Assembly (NCBI GenBank): GCA_964390225.1
Contig: CAYMHP010000001.1
Location: 13,609-63,322 of the forward strand
Source of the DNA: an uncultured Solibacteraceae bacterium
Lineage (GTDB): Bacteria > Acidobacteriota > Terriglobia > Bryobacterales > Bryobacteraceae
Length of the DNA: 49,714 bases
Direction: 5' to 3'
Of this stretch, positions 32,181 through 43,173 are shown piece after piece (the first letter of the stretch is position 1; each line of letters starts with the position of its first letter). The position numbers and the translations under genes are program-made. The notes beneath the pieces are model-generated. The model was not told where the DNA came from. It made no database searches and saw only the letters and a list, made by a program, of their open reading frames with translations.

Positions 32181-33353
32181 TTACGGCGTCCACTTCATCG
32201 CCAGCACCGTTACGTCGTCGGATTGCGGCGCGCCCGATGTGAATTCGCGGACCGCGCCCAGAACCGCATCGATCATCTGGGCGGGCTGCTGCCCGGCAGC
32301 GCCAGCCAGCGCCGTTTTCAAACGCCGGTCGCCGAAGAAGTGTTGCTCGGCGTCCATTGCTTCATTCACTCCATCCGTGAACAGGAAAACGGAATCGCCG
32401 GGCGCCAGCCGCATCCGGCCGGTCTCGTACTGGGCGTCGGGCAGCAGTCCGATAACGACCCCCGCTGGCTTTTCAATATCGCGCAATTCGCCCGCCGCCG
32501 AGACCACATAAGGCGGGTTGTGCCCGCCAAGGCAGAATTCCAGCTCACCGGTATGGGTGTGCAGAATCGCATAGAACACGGTTACGTATACAGCGGCTTC
32601 GCCCTGGCCGCCCAGGACCTGATTGGCGTACAGGAGGCATTCGGCAGGCGAGACCCCCTGCAACGCGGTGGCGTGTAGCAGCGTGCGGCTCACTGCCATA
32701 AACAGTGCCGCGGGCACTCCTTTTCCGGAAACGTCGCCGATCAGGAAACCCAGGCGGTGCTCGTCAATCAGGAAGAAATCGTAAAAGTCGCCGCCCACCT
32801 GGCGCGCAGGAATCATCTCGGCGCGCAAGGAAAAGTCGTGCCGGTCGGGGAAGAACTCCCGCGGTAGGATCGAGGCCTGAATGCGGGCCGCAATCTCGAG
32901 CTCCTGTTCCAGCGCCACCAGCCGCGCGCGCGCCTCTTCGCCCCGCCGTTCGAGAGCGAGCGCCTCCTGCGTGCGCCTCAGGGTCGTTTCGAAATCCTGA
33001 AAGTCTATGGGTTTGGTGAGAAAGTCGAAGGCGCCGCGGTTCATCGCCGTGCGGATGTTCTGCATGTCGCCATACGCGGAAAGGATCACGGCTTTGACGA
33101 TCCGCTGATCCAGCCCATTTAGCTTGCCGAGCAGCGCCAGACCGTCCATCACGGGCATGTTGATGTCGGTGACGACCAGGCCCAAGTTGGGATCCGCGCC
33201 CAGCCGGTCCAGCGCCTCTTTCCCGTTGCGAGCGAATAGGAATTGAAACTCGCCGTTGCGGCGCTTGAACCGCTGCCGGATCAGCTCTTCGATATCGGGC
33301 TCGTCGTCGACGATTAGAACCCGCACTGGCGCTTTTTCGTCCGAAGCCGTCAT
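32181..33353 (-). CDS. response regulator fused to PP2C/SpoIIE-type serine phosphatase (RsbU-like)
   Basis: REC motifs (VLIVDDEPD, VVTDINMPVMDG, TKP) followed by PP2C motifs (GGDFYDF, GDVSGKG, TDGVNEA, DDVTVL). The start overlaps the upstream kinase stop by 4 nt. Confidence 0.9.
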   Translation of the reverse strand: MTASDEKAPVRVLIVDDEPDIEELIRQRFKRRNGEFQFLFARNGKEALDRLGADPNLGLVVTDINMPVMDGLALLGKLNGLDQRIVKAVILSAYGDMQNIRTAMNRGAFDFLTKPIDFQDFETTLRRTQEALALERRGEEARARLVALEQELEIAARIQASILPREFFPDRHDFSLRAEMIPARQVGGDFYDFFLIDEHRLGFLIGDVSGKGVPAALFMAVSRTLLHATALQGVSPAECLLYANQVLGGQGEAAVYVTVFYAILHTHTGELEFCLGGHNPPYVVSAAGELRDIEKPAGVVIGLLPDAQYETGRMRLAPGDSVFLFTDGVNEAMDAEQHFFGDRRLKTALAGAAGQQPAQMIDAVLGAVREFTSGAPQSDDVTVLAMKWTP

Positions 33354-35077
33354 GATTGACCCAAGAACCGGCGAGGCAGCTTCAACGTGAATTCCGTCCA
33401 GTCGCCTTCGCGTGAGTCGACCTGCATTTCTCCACGATGTTCTTGCACCACGATCTCGTAACTGATCGAAAGCCCGAGCCCGGTTCCCTCGCCCGCCGCC
33501 TTCGTGGTGAAGAACGGATCGAAGATGCGATCGAGAACGGCTGACGGAATACCGACGCCGTTGTCCCAGATTCTGACCTCGACGGTCTCCCCGTAGTTTC
33601 GCGTCGTAATCCGGATTGTTGGGATATAAGCCGATTGACCGGCCTGCGACTTTTTCCGGATGGCATAGAAGGCGTTAGAGGCGATGTTCAGAAAGACGCG
33701 GCTGAGGTCCTGCGGGATAACGTCGACCATTCCCACCTCGGGATCGTACGAGCCCTGAATATCCGCCTGAAATGAGTTGTCTTGAGCGCGCATCCCGTGA
33801 AACGCCAGGTTTACGTATTCGCGGACAAGCGCATTGAGGTCGGTAGCACGCCGCTCTCCGGGTTGGCCGCGCGAGTGCGCCAGCATGGCCCGGATGATGC
33901 TGTCGGCGCGCGCTCCGTGCTCGCGCACCTTGCCGATATTCTGCTCGAGATCGCTTGCGATTTCGCGCAGCTCCTGAACTTCTTCCGGCGCAAGCTTCCC
34001 GGCGACGCGGTCGAGAATGGCGGCTTGCTCATGCACCAGGTCGGCGCAGATTTCCGAAAAGTTCATGACGAAGTTCAGCGGATTTTTGATTTCGTGCGCC
34101 ACGCCCGCCGTCAGCGCTCCCAGCGACGCCAGTTTCTCCTGGACGCTCAGTTCCTCGCGGAGCCGTTTCTTTTCCAAAAGCGCCCCGATGCGCGCTCTCA
34201 GCAGCACGGGGTCGAATGGCTTAAACAGGTAATCTTCGGCGCCGATCTGGATGGCGCGAACGACGCCCGCCATCTCATCGAGCGCCGAGATGATCACTAC
34301 CGGGATCGCGCGCATGCGGCGATCCTCTTTCATGCGAGTGAGCACTTCGAATCCATCCATGACGGGCATCATGATGTCGAGCAGGACGAGGTCGAAATGC
34401 TCGGTGGCCACCCGGTCGAGCGCCTCGCTGCCGTTGCGCGCGGAGGCCACTGCGTAGCCCTGCCGCTTCAAACGCCGGCAGAGGATGTGGCGATTCGTGG
34501 AATTATCGTCGACAACCAGCAGACGGGCGCCGGAGCCAGCCGGCTGCGCCGTAGGCGCCTCCTGCGGTTCTTCGGAAGACTCGGGCGGCCGGGTATAACT
34601 CAGTAGCGCGACAAGCGAGGTCGCCGCCGACCGGATTCGCTGCAAGTCCTGAGGCCAATCGGGCGCGGCCCAATTTTCGGGCGCCCGCCCCAGTTCGTCG
34701 AGCGAGTGGCGTATGCGCTCCACCCGGGGCCGTATGTTTTCACACAGCCGCTCCACCTCGGCGAACGCGATAGAGTCGCGGTTGGCGAGCGCCTCGTTGA
34801 TGCTGCTCAACACCGCGCGCGCCGAAAACTCGATCGTCCGCAGCAGCTCGAGCGACTGCTTTTTGCCGGCGGCCGAGGCGTCTTCGATCAGCATCTCGGC
34901 GTAGCCAAGAATGTGATTCACCGGCGTGCGCGCGTTATGCCGTAGCTCGATCAGCTCCGCGTCGCGCAGCGTGCCGGGTTCGGGTTGAGGCGCAGGTGCA
35001 GTGTCGGCGGTCACTGGGTACTTTCTTCCTGATCGGTGCCGAAACGAGCGCCGATCCGAGGCGTTTGGCCGTGGCAT
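33350..35077 (-). CDS. hybrid histidine kinase: orphan HisKA-like helix, REC, HisKA, HATPase_c
   Basis: H-box-like [21 protein letters not shown] ([23 protein letters not shown]). A second H-box AHEIKNPLN. ATPase boxes NASNAFYA, DNGVGIP and GTGLGLS. Start uncertain: ATG 35077 or GTG 35014. The track start at 35362 would overlap the divergent regulator gene. Confidence 0.85.
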   Translation of the reverse strand: MPRPNASDRRSFRHRSGRKYPVTADTAPAPQPEPGTLRDAELIELRHNARTPVNHILGYAEMLIEDASAAGKKQSLELLRTIEFSARAVLSSINEALANRDSIAFAEVERLCENIRPRVERIRHSLDELGRAPENWAAPDWPQDLQRIRSAATSLVALLSYTRPPESSEEPQEAPTAQPAGSGARLLVVDDNSTNRHILCRRLKRQGYAVASARNGSEALDRVATEHFDLVLLDIMMPVMDGFEVLTRMKEDRRMRAIPVVIISALDEMAGVVRAIQIGAEDYLFKPFDPVLLRARIGALLEKKRLREELSVQEKLASLGALTAGVAHEIKNPLNFVMNFSEICADLVHEQAAILDRVAGKLAPEEVQELREIASDLEQNIGKVREHGARADSIIRAMLAHSRGQPGERRATDLNALVREYVNLAFHGMRAQDNSFQADIQGSYDPEVGMVDVIPQDLSRVFLNIASNAFYAIRKKSQAGQSAYIPTIRITTRNYGETVEVRIWDNGVGIPSAVLDRIFDPFFTTKAAGEGTGLGLSISYEIVVQEHRGEMQVDSREGDWTEFTLKLPRRFLGQS

Positions 35078-35110
35078 TGCGATTGCTGCAACTTGAGGGC
35101 CAAGGAACTC

Positions 35111-35491
35111 ATGCCCAAGATCCTGATCGTCGAGGACAACGAGATGAACCGCGACATGCTCCGGCGGCGGCTCGCTCGCAAGGGTTTTGAAACAATCGTA
35201 GCGGGCGATGGTTTGGACGGAGTCGCCATGGCTGCATCCGGTCAGCCGGACCTCATCCTCATGGACATGAGCCTTCCGGCGCTCGACGGGTGGGAAGCCA
35301 CCCGTCGAATCAAAGCATCTCCCGAAACCCATTCGATTCCGGTGATCGCCCTCACTGCTCACGCAATGGCGGGCGACCGTGAACGCGCCTTGGAGGCCGG
35401 ATGTGATGATTACGACACCAAACCCATCGAGTTCCCTGTGTTATTAGAGAAAATAGAGGCGCTGCTCGCCCACAGCCAATCGCGGCATTGA
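35111..35491 (+). CDS. single-domain (CheY-like) response regulator
   Basis: ATG at 35111 gives [30 protein letters not shown], and ALTAHA...DYDTKP. Confidence 0.9.
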   Translation: MPKILIVEDNEMNRDMLRRRLARKGFETIVAGDGLDGVAMAASGQPDLILMDMSLPALDGWEATRRIKASPETHSIPVIALTAHAMAGDRERALEAGCDDYDTKPIEFPVLLEKIEALLAHSQSRH

Positions 35492-35510
35492 GCGGCATCG
35501 CTGCGTAATC

Positions 35511-38342
35511 ATGGCTGACACAACTGCGGACCTGGTCCCTTTCGAGGCTTTGCTGGAGTCCACTAACGAGGGTCTCTACGGCGTCGATCTGGAGGGCCGC
35601 TGCACCTTTCTGAATCGCGCCGGCGCGCGTATGCTGGGCTTCACCCGGTACGAGGTACTCGGCCGCAACATGCACCGCCTGGTGCACCATTCGCGAGAGG
35701 ACCGGACGTCGTACCCCGAGTCGGAATGCCCCATCACTCGCACCTTTCAAACGGGACAGTCGTACCGCATTGAACACGAAGTGCTCTGGCGCAAGGACGG
35801 AACATGGTTCCCGGCGGAGTACTCGGCCTCCCCGATTCTCCAAAAAGGTATAGTGCGCGGGGCCGTCGTCACTTTCATGGACATCACACTGCGGCGCCAG
35901 CAGGAGCGGCGGCTGCGGGTACAACACGATGTCAGCCGGGTAATGGCGGAACCCGTCTCGCTTATCGAGGCGCTGCCGCGTATATTGCAGGCGATTGGCG
36001 AAAATCTGGGTTGGGATCTCGGAGTCCTTTGGCTGGTGAACCGCCGCCGTGCTGTCCTTCGGCCCGAGGCCATCTGGCACTCCGCCGCAATGGGAGCGGT
36101 CGATTTTGAGAGTGTCACACGCGAGATGACCCTGGCGCGCGGCTCCGGTCTTCCCGGGCGCGTCTGGCAGGAGGGCAACCCGGTGTGGCTCCCCGCTCTG
36201 ACGGAGGATGCCGTAGTTTCTCCGGTGCAGCTGAAGGCGCTGGAACACGCGCGGGCCGTTCTGGCATTTCCGATTCGCAGCGGCCGCCGCATATCGGGCG
36301 TCATCGAATTCTTCACGCGGGAGGTCCTGGAGCCCGATGAGGAGTTGCTTCGCACTGTTAGCACGCTGGGCAGCCAGATTGGCGAGTTCATCGAGCGGGC
36401 GCTGGGAGAGGAAGAACTCCGGATCCGCGATCGGGCCATCGCCTCGAGCACAAACGGCATTGTCATTACTGACGCCACCCGGCCCGACAATCCGATCATC
36501 TACGTAAACCCGGCGTTTGAGAAGTTGACGGGATACACCGCCGAGGAAGCCATGGGGCGGAACTGCCGTTTCCTGCAGGGCCCCGCTACCGATCGCGATG
36601 CGATTGCGCGCATTCGCGCCGCCATCGAGCAACAGCAGGACGTCAACATGATTCTGCTAAACCTCCGCAAAGACGGCACACCGTTTTGGAATGACCTGAC
36701 GATCGCGCCGGTGCGCGACGACTCCGGCCGCGTCACCCACTTCGTCGGGCTGCAAAACGACGTGACCGATCGGAAGCTTGCGGAAGCCGAACTGGTGACC
36801 GCCAAGGAAGCCGCCGAAGTCGCCAGCAAGGCCAAGAGCCAATTTCTGGCGAACATGAGCCACGAGCTTCGCACACCTCTCAACGCGATCATCGGATACA
36901 GCGAAATGCTCGAGGAACAGGCGCAGGATCTCGGAATGGCGGATCTGGTGCCCGACTTGCAAAAGATCAACACCGCGGGAAAGCATCTGCTCGCGCTCAT
37001 CAACGACATCCTCGATCTCTCGAAGATCGAAGCGGGCAAGATGGATCTGTTCCTCGAGACCTTCGATGTCGACCGCATGGTGCACGAGGTGAGCACCACG
37101 ATCAAGCCGCTGATCGATCGCAAGGGCAATCGCCTCCAGGTCAGGCTGACGCCCGATCTGCCTCAGATGCATGCCGACCTGACCAAGGTCCGGCAAAGCC
37201 TTTTTAACCTGCTCTCCAACGCTTCGAAATTTACGGAGCAGGGCGATATCACGCTGGATGTGAACACCGAGCAGACAGGCGGCCAAACCTGGGTGGTGCT
37301 GCGCGTACAAGATACCGGCATCGGCATGACTCGCGAGCAGATCTCCAAACTGTTCGAGCCGTTCACACAGGCCGACCGGTCGACCACGCGAAAGTTCGGC
37401 GGGACTGGGCTTGGATTGGCGATTACCCGGCGCTTTTGCCGCATGATGGGCGGCGATGTGACGGTCGAGAGCGAGTTGGGCAAGGGGTCCACGTTCGTCA
37501 TCCGCCTCCCCGCTCTGGTCGTTCCTTCGCGGCACGACCAGGGTGAAGATATCAAACGAGCCGCGGCGAGTAACGGAAACCGTGCTGGCACCGTGCTGGT
37601 GATCGATGACGACCCCGCGGCGCGCGACCTGATGAGCCGCTTCCTCACCCGTGAAGGATTTCACTTCGTGCTAGCTACGAACGGCGAAGAGGGCCTGAAA
37701 CTGGCGCGCGAAATTCACCCGAACGTGATCACGCTCGATGTCATGATGCCCAAAATGGACGGCTGGGCAGTGCTGCAGGAGCTCAAGGCCGATCCAGAAC
37801 TGCGCACTGTCCCGGTAATTATGGTCACCATCATCGATGACAAAAACATGGGCTACACGCTGGGCGCCGCCGATTACATGACCAAGCCGATCGATCGCGA
37901 GCAGCTCAGCAGCATTCTGAACAAGTACCGCTGCCCGCAACCGCCCTGCCCGGTTCTTGTGGTGGAAGATGACGACAGCTCGCGCGAGATGATGCGTTCC
38001 ATGCTGCAGCGCGAGGGCTGGGCGGTGACCCAGGCGACCAACGGGCGCGAAGGACTGGAGTGTGTCGCCCGCGAGCGTCCCCACGTAATTCTGCTCGATT
38101 TGATGATGCCCGAAATGGACGGCTTCGAGTTCCTGGTCGAACTGCACCGGAATCCGCCGTGGCGCGACATCCCCGTCGTAGTAATCACAGCCAAGGAGCT
38201 GACCGCCGACGAGCGCGCCCGCCTGAACGGCTCCGTCGAGAAGGTATTACTCAAAGGCGCATTCAGTCGCGAGGAACTGCTGAGCCAGGTCCGCGAGCTG
38301 GTGGCGGCGTGTTTGCCCCCCGCCGATGCAGTCTCCGGCTAG
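35511..38342 (+). CDS. PAS-GAF-LOV hybrid sensor histidine kinase with two C-terminal receiver domains
   Basis: 943 aa. PAS at about aa 10-125. GAF at about aa 140-295. LOV at about aa 305-420 with GRNCRFLQG (Cys352, TGC at 36564-36566) and [26 protein letters not shown]-box [18 protein letters not shown]. HATPase DTGIGM and [11 protein letters not shown]1 [22 protein letters not shown]2 [19 protein letters not shown]. Confidence 0.92.
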   Translation: MADTTADLVPFEALLESTNEGLYGVDLEGRCTFLNRAGARMLGFTRYEVLGRNMHRLVHHSREDRTSYPESECPITRTFQTGQSYRIEHEVLWRKDGTWFPAEYSASPILQKGIVRGAVVTFMDITLRRQQERRLRVQHDVSRVMAEPVSLIEALPRILQAIGENLGWDLGVLWLVNRRRAVLRPEAIWHSAAMGAVDFESVTREMTLARGSGLPGRVWQEGNPVWLPALTEDAVVSPVQLKALEHARAVLAFPIRSGRRISGVIEFFTREVLEPDEELLRTVSTLGSQIGEFIERALGEEELRIRDRAIASSTNGIVITDATRPDNPIIYVNPAFEKLTGYTAEEAMGRNCRFLQGPATDRDAIARIRAAIEQQQDVNMILLNLRKDGTPFWNDLTIAPVRDDSGRVTHFVGLQNDVTDRKLAEAELVTAKEAAEVASKAKSQFLANMSHELRTPLNAIIGYSEMLEEQAQDLGMADLVPDLQKINTAGKHLLALINDILDLSKIEAGKMDLFLETFDVDRMVHEVSTTIKPLIDRKGNRLQVRLTPDLPQMHADLTKVRQSLFNLLSNASKFTEQGDITLDVNTEQTGGQTWVVLRVQDTGIGMTREQISKLFEPFTQADRSTTRKFGGTGLGLAITRRFCRMMGGDVTVESELGKGSTFVIRLPALVVPSRHDQGEDIKRAAASNGNRAGTVLVIDDDPAARDLMSRFLTREGFHFVLATNGEEGLKLAREIHPNVITLDVMMPKMDGWAVLQELKADPELRTVPVIMVTIIDDKNMGYTLGAADYMTKPIDREQLSSILNKYRCPQPPCPVLVVEDDDSSREMMRSMLQREGWAVTQATNGREGLECVARERPHVILLDLMMPEMDGFEFLVELHRNPPWRDIPVVVITAKELTADERARLNGSVEKVLLKGAFSREELLSQVRELVAACLPPADAVSG

Positions 38343-38386
38343 GTGCTTTCCCGCGACACGGGACGGCCCCGGAGTAAGCTAGCAGC

Positions 38387-40417
38387 ATGAAGCTGTATTC
38401 CGCGCTGCTCTTGCTGGTCCCCGGTTTAATCGCGCAAGACCGGCCCTTGGCGTCTCTGCCCTACACTCCCAGCCTCGACACCGCGTTCATCGATCGGGCC
38501 GCCGACGCGTGCGTCGATTTCTTTCAATTTGCCTGCGGAAACTGGATCAAGCTGAATCCGATTCCCGCGGACCAGGCGCGCTGGGATGTCTACAGCAAGT
38601 TGCACGACGATAATCTGCGGCTGCTGTGGGGCATCCTCGAGGCCGCCGCGAAGCCATCACCGGACCGAACCCCGAATGAGCAAAAGATCGGCGACTACTT
38701 CGCCGCGTGCATGGACGAGACTGCGATCGATAAGACCGGAGCCGAGGCGCTCCGGCCGGAGTTGGATTCGATCGCCGCGCTGCAACGTCTCTCCGACGTG
38801 CCGCCGCTGCTTGCCCGGCTGCACCTGGAGTCGGCGCGTACCAGTCCGCTGTTCGGGTTCAGCTCGTCGCAGGACTATGCCGATTCGAGCCGCATGATTG
38901 CGTTTGCCACGGCTGGCGGCCTCGGGCTGCCCGACCGGGATTACTACGTGAAGTCCGACGCGAAATCGCAGGAGATTCGTGCGAAGTACCTGGACCACGT
39001 GGCGAACACCTTTCAGTTGCTGGGCGATGCGGCCGCTAATGCGACGGCCGAGTCCCAGGTCGTCATGGCCATCGAGACGGCCCTCGCCAAAGCGTCGCTG
39101 ACCCGCGTCGACAAGCGTGACCCCTACAAGCTGTTTCACAAGGTGAGCGGCGCCGAATTGCTGAAAATGACGCCTTCGTTCGCATGGAGTTCGTACTGGT
39201 CGGCGTTGGGGTTGCGCGCCCCCGCGCAAATCAATGTCACCGAGCCGGAATTCTTCCGCGAACTCGAGCGCCTGCTGGAAAGCCGCAGCGTCTCGGACTG
39301 GAAGACTTATCTGCGCTGGCAACTGGCGCGCGAGAAAGCGCCGTACCTTTCGTCGGCATTCGTCAATGCCGATTTCAACTTCTATCGCAAGTACCTGCGC
39401 GGCGTCGACCAGATCCAACCCCGATGGAAGCGCTGCGTCCAATATGTGGATTTTCAACTCGGGGAAGCGCTCGGCCAGGTCTTCGTGGCCAGGACGTTCA
39501 GCCCCGAGACCAAGCAGCGGGCCCTCGCCGTCACCAAGGAAATCGAGAGAGCCATGGAAGCCGACCTCCGCCAGTTGACTTGGATGGGCCCGGCGACCAA
39601 GGCGGAAGCACTCGCCAAGCTACACGCGGTCGTCAACAAAATCGGATACCCGGACAAGTGGCGCGACTACAGCGCCGTTCATATCGTGCGCGGCGATTTC
39701 GTGGGCGACGTCAACCAGGCGGTCGTCTTCGAATCCAAGCGCCAGTTGAACAAGATCGGCAAGCCTGTCGACCGCACCGAGTGGCAGATCACGCCTCCGA
39801 CGGTAAATGCCTACTACGACCCGCAGATGAACGATATGAACTTCCCGGCTGGCGTTCTGGAGCCGCCGCTGTTCGACCCGAAGATGGATGACGCGCCGAA
39901 TTACGGCAACACGGGCGCGACCATCGGGCACGAGCTGACCCACGGCTTCGACGATGAGGGCCGCCAGTTCGATGCGCGCGGCAATCTGCGCGACTGGTGG
40001 ACCAAGCAGGATTCCGCCGAGTTCGTCAAACGCGCCGCGTGCGTGTCGGACCAATACGCGCAGTACACCGTCGTGGACGATATCAAAATCAACAGCAAGC
40101 TCACTCTCGGCGAAGATGTCGCGGACCTGGGTGGAACCATCCTGGCCTACATGGCCTGGCAGGATGCGACCCGCAATGAACAACTCAAGCCGATCGACAA
40201 TTTCTCTCCCGCTCAGCGCTTCTTTATCGGGATGGCGCAGTGGGCATGCGGCGACGAGCGTCCGGAGAGCCGTAGAGCGTCGGCCATCACCGACCCGCAT
40301 TCGCCGGTGAAATACCGCATCAACGGCGTAGTCTCGAACATGCCCGAGTTCGGCCGCGCGTTCGCCTGCAAGGCCGGCCAGCCGATGGTCCGCGAGCAGG
40401 CCTGCCGCGTCTGGTAG
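38387..40417 (+). CDS. M13 family metallopeptidase (PepO / endothelin-converting-enzyme-like)
   Basis: 676 aa. Signal peptide. Motifs CVDFFQFACGNW, NAYY and HELTHGFD (HExxH), with GEDVADLGG (the ExxxD third ligand), and a C-terminal CRVW. Confidence 0.9.
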   Translation: MKLYSALLLLVPGLIAQDRPLASLPYTPSLDTAFIDRAADACVDFFQFACGNWIKLNPIPADQARWDVYSKLHDDNLRLLWGILEAAAKPSPDRTPNEQKIGDYFAACMDETAIDKTGAEALRPELDSIAALQRLSDVPPLLARLHLESARTSPLFGFSSSQDYADSSRMIAFATAGGLGLPDRDYYVKSDAKSQEIRAKYLDHVANTFQLLGDAAANATAESQVVMAIETALAKASLTRVDKRDPYKLFHKVSGAELLKMTPSFAWSSYWSALGLRAPAQINVTEPEFFRELERLLESRSVSDWKTYLRWQLAREKAPYLSSAFVNADFNFYRKYLRGVDQIQPRWKRCVQYVDFQLGEALGQVFVARTFSPETKQRALAVTKEIERAMEADLRQLTWMGPATKAEALAKLHAVVNKIGYPDKWRDYSAVHIVRGDFVGDVNQAVVFESKRQLNKIGKPVDRTEWQITPPTVNAYYDPQMNDMNFPAGVLEPPLFDPKMDDAPNYGNTGATIGHELTHGFDDEGRQFDARGNLRDWWTKQDSAEFVKRAACVSDQYAQYTVVDDIKINSKLTLGEDVADLGGTILAYMAWQDATRNEQLKPIDNFSPAQRFFIGMAQWACGDERPESRRASAITDPHSPVKYRINGVVSNMPEFGRAFACKAGQPMVREQACRVW

Positions 40418-40474
40418 CCGTCGGGTCAGCAACGCCCGCAATTCAGCCCCGCCGGTAACGGCAGGGGTTCTCCC

Positions 40475-41758
40475 TCACTCGGCCTCCCATCGAAACCGCA
40501 TCGCGGTCAGCAGCCCGAACAGCAGCGCGAAGCCCAGCAGCGCTGCTACGGGCGCAAGCGCGGCGCTGAACCCGAGCCCGCGCCAGGTCATCGCTTCCAG
40601 ACCGTCGATCGCCCACCGCGTAGGCACCGCCAGCGTCGCCTTCTGCAGCCACTGCGGCAGCAGGAAGGTCGGAAACCATGCGCCGCCGAGCATGACGATA
40701 ATCAACGTAACGAAAATAGCAAGTCCTCGCGTGGCCTCCGGTGTCTTGCCCAGCGCCGCCACGAGCAGCCCGAATGTCCCAGTCATCAGCGAAAGCGCCG
40801 CGCAGACCGCGAGGAATCCCGCCATGCTGCCTTCGATCCTGACCCCGAAGAACCACCGCGCGAAGGTGTAGTTCACCAGCAGAATGAAGAACGACAGGAT
40901 CGCTGCGCTCAGCGCGCGGCTGCCCAGCAGAGTCGCCCGCGAAAGAGGTGCGGCCCGGAAGCGCTTCCAAAGCCCCCGCTGCCGCTGTAACAGCAGTCCG
41001 ATTCCGATATCGATGCCGAAGAAAAGCACGAACTGCACCGTCATGCCGGCAAACGCGTGGCCGTAACCGTTGTACAGGACGCCCCGCCGCGCCGTGACTG
41101 CCTCGTCGTGCGTTTGAAACGGAATGCTGAGGCCGCCGGTCCGCCGCGCCGGCACTGAGCTCTGATTCCAACGCTCCACGCTGCGCAGCATGTCTTCTAG
41201 GGTTTTCTTTTCGTCCGGCTGCAAGTCCTGGCTGCGTTCGACATCGGCCAAGGCATCGTTCACGACGGCTTGTCCGCTTTCCCCCGTGAACATCTCCTGG
41301 CTCACTGCCTGCATCACATCGCCCGCGAGAATTCCTTCCACCATGCCGCGTTCGGCGGCGTGGGAGGGGTCGTAAAGAATCGTCAACTGAGGCTTCTGCC
41401 CCGACCGGAAAAACGCCCGCCCGGCATCGCTGCCGAAGTCCTTGGGAATCACGATCGCGACCGTGGCCGTACCCTTCCGTACGGCCTCGCGCCCCTCGTT
41501 GCGCGTGGCTGCTTTCACTGCCAGACTCTTCTCGTCGCTGAGGCGATGAACGATCTCCCGAGAGATTGTGCTCGAATCCTGGTCGACCGCCAGCACGGAA
41601 ATACGGCTGGTCTCGGGGTCCCCGCGGCGTCCTCCCGTGACGTATCCGATGAATGCTGCCAGAGCGATCGGAAGGGCGAAGCTCATCAATAAGGCGCGCC
41701 GGTCGGCGCGGAATAGCAGCAGGTCTTTGCGCACCAGGGCGCGTAGTGCGGTCATCAT
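40475..41758 (-). CDS. ABC-2 type transporter permease
   Basis: The start was moved to ATG 41758 (MMTALRALVRKDLLLF), which shares 1 nt with the ATPase stop (TGATG). N-terminal TM helix, a large extracytoplasmic loop, then five C-terminal TM helices, as is typical for ABC-2 permeases. Confidence 0.8.
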   Translation of the reverse strand: MMTALRALVRKDLLLFRADRRALLMSFALPIALAAFIGYVTGGRRGDPETSRISVLAVDQDSSTISREIVHRLSDEKSLAVKAATRNEGREAVRKGTATVAIVIPKDFGSDAGRAFFRSGQKPQLTILYDPSHAAERGMVEGILAGDVMQAVSQEMFTGESGQAVVNDALADVERSQDLQPDEKKTLEDMLRSVERWNQSSVPARRTGGLSIPFQTHDEAVTARRGVLYNGYGHAFAGMTVQFVLFFGIDIGIGLLLQRQRGLWKRFRAAPLSRATLLGSRALSAAILSFFILLVNYTFARWFFGVRIEGSMAGFLAVCAALSLMTGTFGLLVAALGKTPEATRGLAIFVTLIIVMLGGAWFPTFLLPQWLQKATLAVPTRWAIDGLEAMTWRGLGFSAALAPVAALLGFALLFGLLTAMRFRWEAE

Positions 41759-42696
41759 CAATCGCGCAAGCTCCTTCCCGTCATCGTGAGAAATACCGTT
41801 TCCAGATTCGGCCGCTCGCTGACTACATGCCGGTAGCGATAGCCGTGCTCCACCAGCCACTGCAAGATTCGCGGCGTCTCGGACGGCAGGTCGGAAACCC
41901 CGATCCGCAGGGCGCCGCCGCGCAACTCGGCCGACCGCACGCCCGCCAGCGCTTGGAGTTGTTCCACGCGAAACCCGTTGTTGTCGTGCTCCAGTTCGAT
42001 TTCCAAAACATTGCTTACCGGCAGCATCCGGTAAAGTCCCGCCAGCGTGTCGTTCGCGATCACTTTACCGTGATCGATAATCACGACCCGGTCGCACAGG
42101 CGCTCCGCCTCTTCCATGTAGTGCGTGGTGTAAAGAAGCGTTTTGCCGCGCTGTTTCAGCGTCTCCAGATTATCGAAAATGGCATTGCGGCTCTGCGGGT
42201 CCACTCCCACGGTAGGCTCGTCGAGCAGCAGAATCTGCGGATCGTGCAGCAGCGCGGCCGCCAGATTTAAGCGGCGCTTCATCCCGCCGCTGAAGGTCTT
42301 CACCCGCGATTTGGCGCGATCGGCGAGGCCCACCAGTTCGAGCGCCTCGGCCATCGTGCGCTTCGCGGATGCTATGTCGAGGCCGTAGAGCCCCGCGAAC
42401 AGGACGAGATTATCCCACGCCGCAAGTTCGTCATACAGCGCCAGGTCCTGCGGCACCAAGCCGATCTTTTGCTTCAGCGGATCGGTGTCGCCCGCGAGCG
42501 GGCGGCCTTCGACCAGCACTTCGCCGGAATCCGGCCGCAATAGGCCGGCAATCATCGAAACTGTGGTGGTCTTACCCGCGCCGTTGGGTCCGAGCAGGCC
42601 GATGGTGTCGCCCGCGGCCGCGCGCAACGACACGCCATCCACCGCTTTTATGGTTCCGTAGCTCTTGTTCAGGTCCCGCGCTTCGAGCATGGTCAC
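41758..42696 (-). CDS. ABC transporter ATP-binding protein (ABC-2/DrrA-like)
   Basis: Walker A GPNGAGKTT. Q-loop. Signature FSGGMKRRL. Walker B LLLDEPT. H-loop TTHYM. Confidence 0.92.
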   Translation of the reverse strand: MTMLEARDLNKSYGTIKAVDGVSLRAAAGDTIGLLGPNGAGKTTTVSMIAGLLRPDSGEVLVEGRPLAGDTDPLKQKIGLVPQDLALYDELAAWDNLVLFAGLYGLDIASAKRTMAEALELVGLADRAKSRVKTFSGGMKRRLNLAAALLHDPQILLLDEPTVGVDPQSRNAIFDNLETLKQRGKTLLYTTHYMEEAERLCDRVVIIDHGKVIANDTLAGLYRMLPVSNVLEIELEHDNNGFRVEQLQALAGVRSAELRGGALRIGVSDLPSETPRILQWLVEHGYRYRHVVSERPNLETVFLTMTGRSLRD

Positions 42697-42809
42697 TTGG
42701 GTTATTACGCTGTAGCGGAGAAAAAGTTCGCCTGCAGCCTTTCAAAATCGTACACGACCGCCGAAAGGATCCGCCGCTCCGCAGCATTTCCGCAGTGGAG
42801 GTGCACTCG

Positions 42810-43097
42810 ATGGCTCCCAAAGAATTCTTGCGCTTGACGGCCGCCGTGGCGGCGGGCTTCCTGGGAGGCGCCCTGTCACAAGGACTTCAGTCGGCATTGG
42901 CGCAGCAGCGAAATATCCCGCGCGTCCTCACCGCCGACCGTTTCGTCGCTACCGATGCAGCCGGAATGAAGCGCGCCGAAATGGGTGTGGACCGCGACGG
43001 CCACGCCGTCCTCCACCTTTATAACGACCGAGGCGTCTTGGTCTGGAGCGCTCCCGCTGGCCCGGGCAGGATTTGGCCGGCAGGCCCGGATCGCTGA
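42810..43097 (+). CDS. small secreted/anchored hypothetical protein
   Basis: Only the 3' part of track ORF 42369..43097 is plausible, because the rest is antisense to the ABC ATPase. ATG 42810 has GGAGG 9 nt upstream. The 95-aa product has a signal-like segment LRLTAAVAAGFLGGALSQGLQSALA. Confidence 0.5.
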   Translation: MAPKEFLRLTAAVAAGFLGGALSQGLQSALAQQRNIPRVLTADRFVATDAAGMKRAEMGVDRDGHAVLHLYNDRGVLVWSAPAGPGRIWPAGPDR

Positions 43098-43173
43098 TCG
43101 CGACGCGTACCGTGGGGCAGGCTGAAGTCCCATCCCACCGCGCATCCCACTGAAAACAAGCGATAAATTCCTA

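Noticed and set aside
35352-37664. Minus-strand ORFs of 426, 250, 209 and 335 aa
   Set aside because: All are antisense or alternative-frame shadows of the LOV hybrid kinase gene. None has a recognisable domain.
42369-42809. 5' two-thirds of the 242-aa plus-strand ORF 42369..43097
   Set aside because: This part is antisense to the ABC ATPase and is Arg/Pro-rich. Only the 3' 95 codons, from the SD-preceded ATG at 42810, look like a gene.
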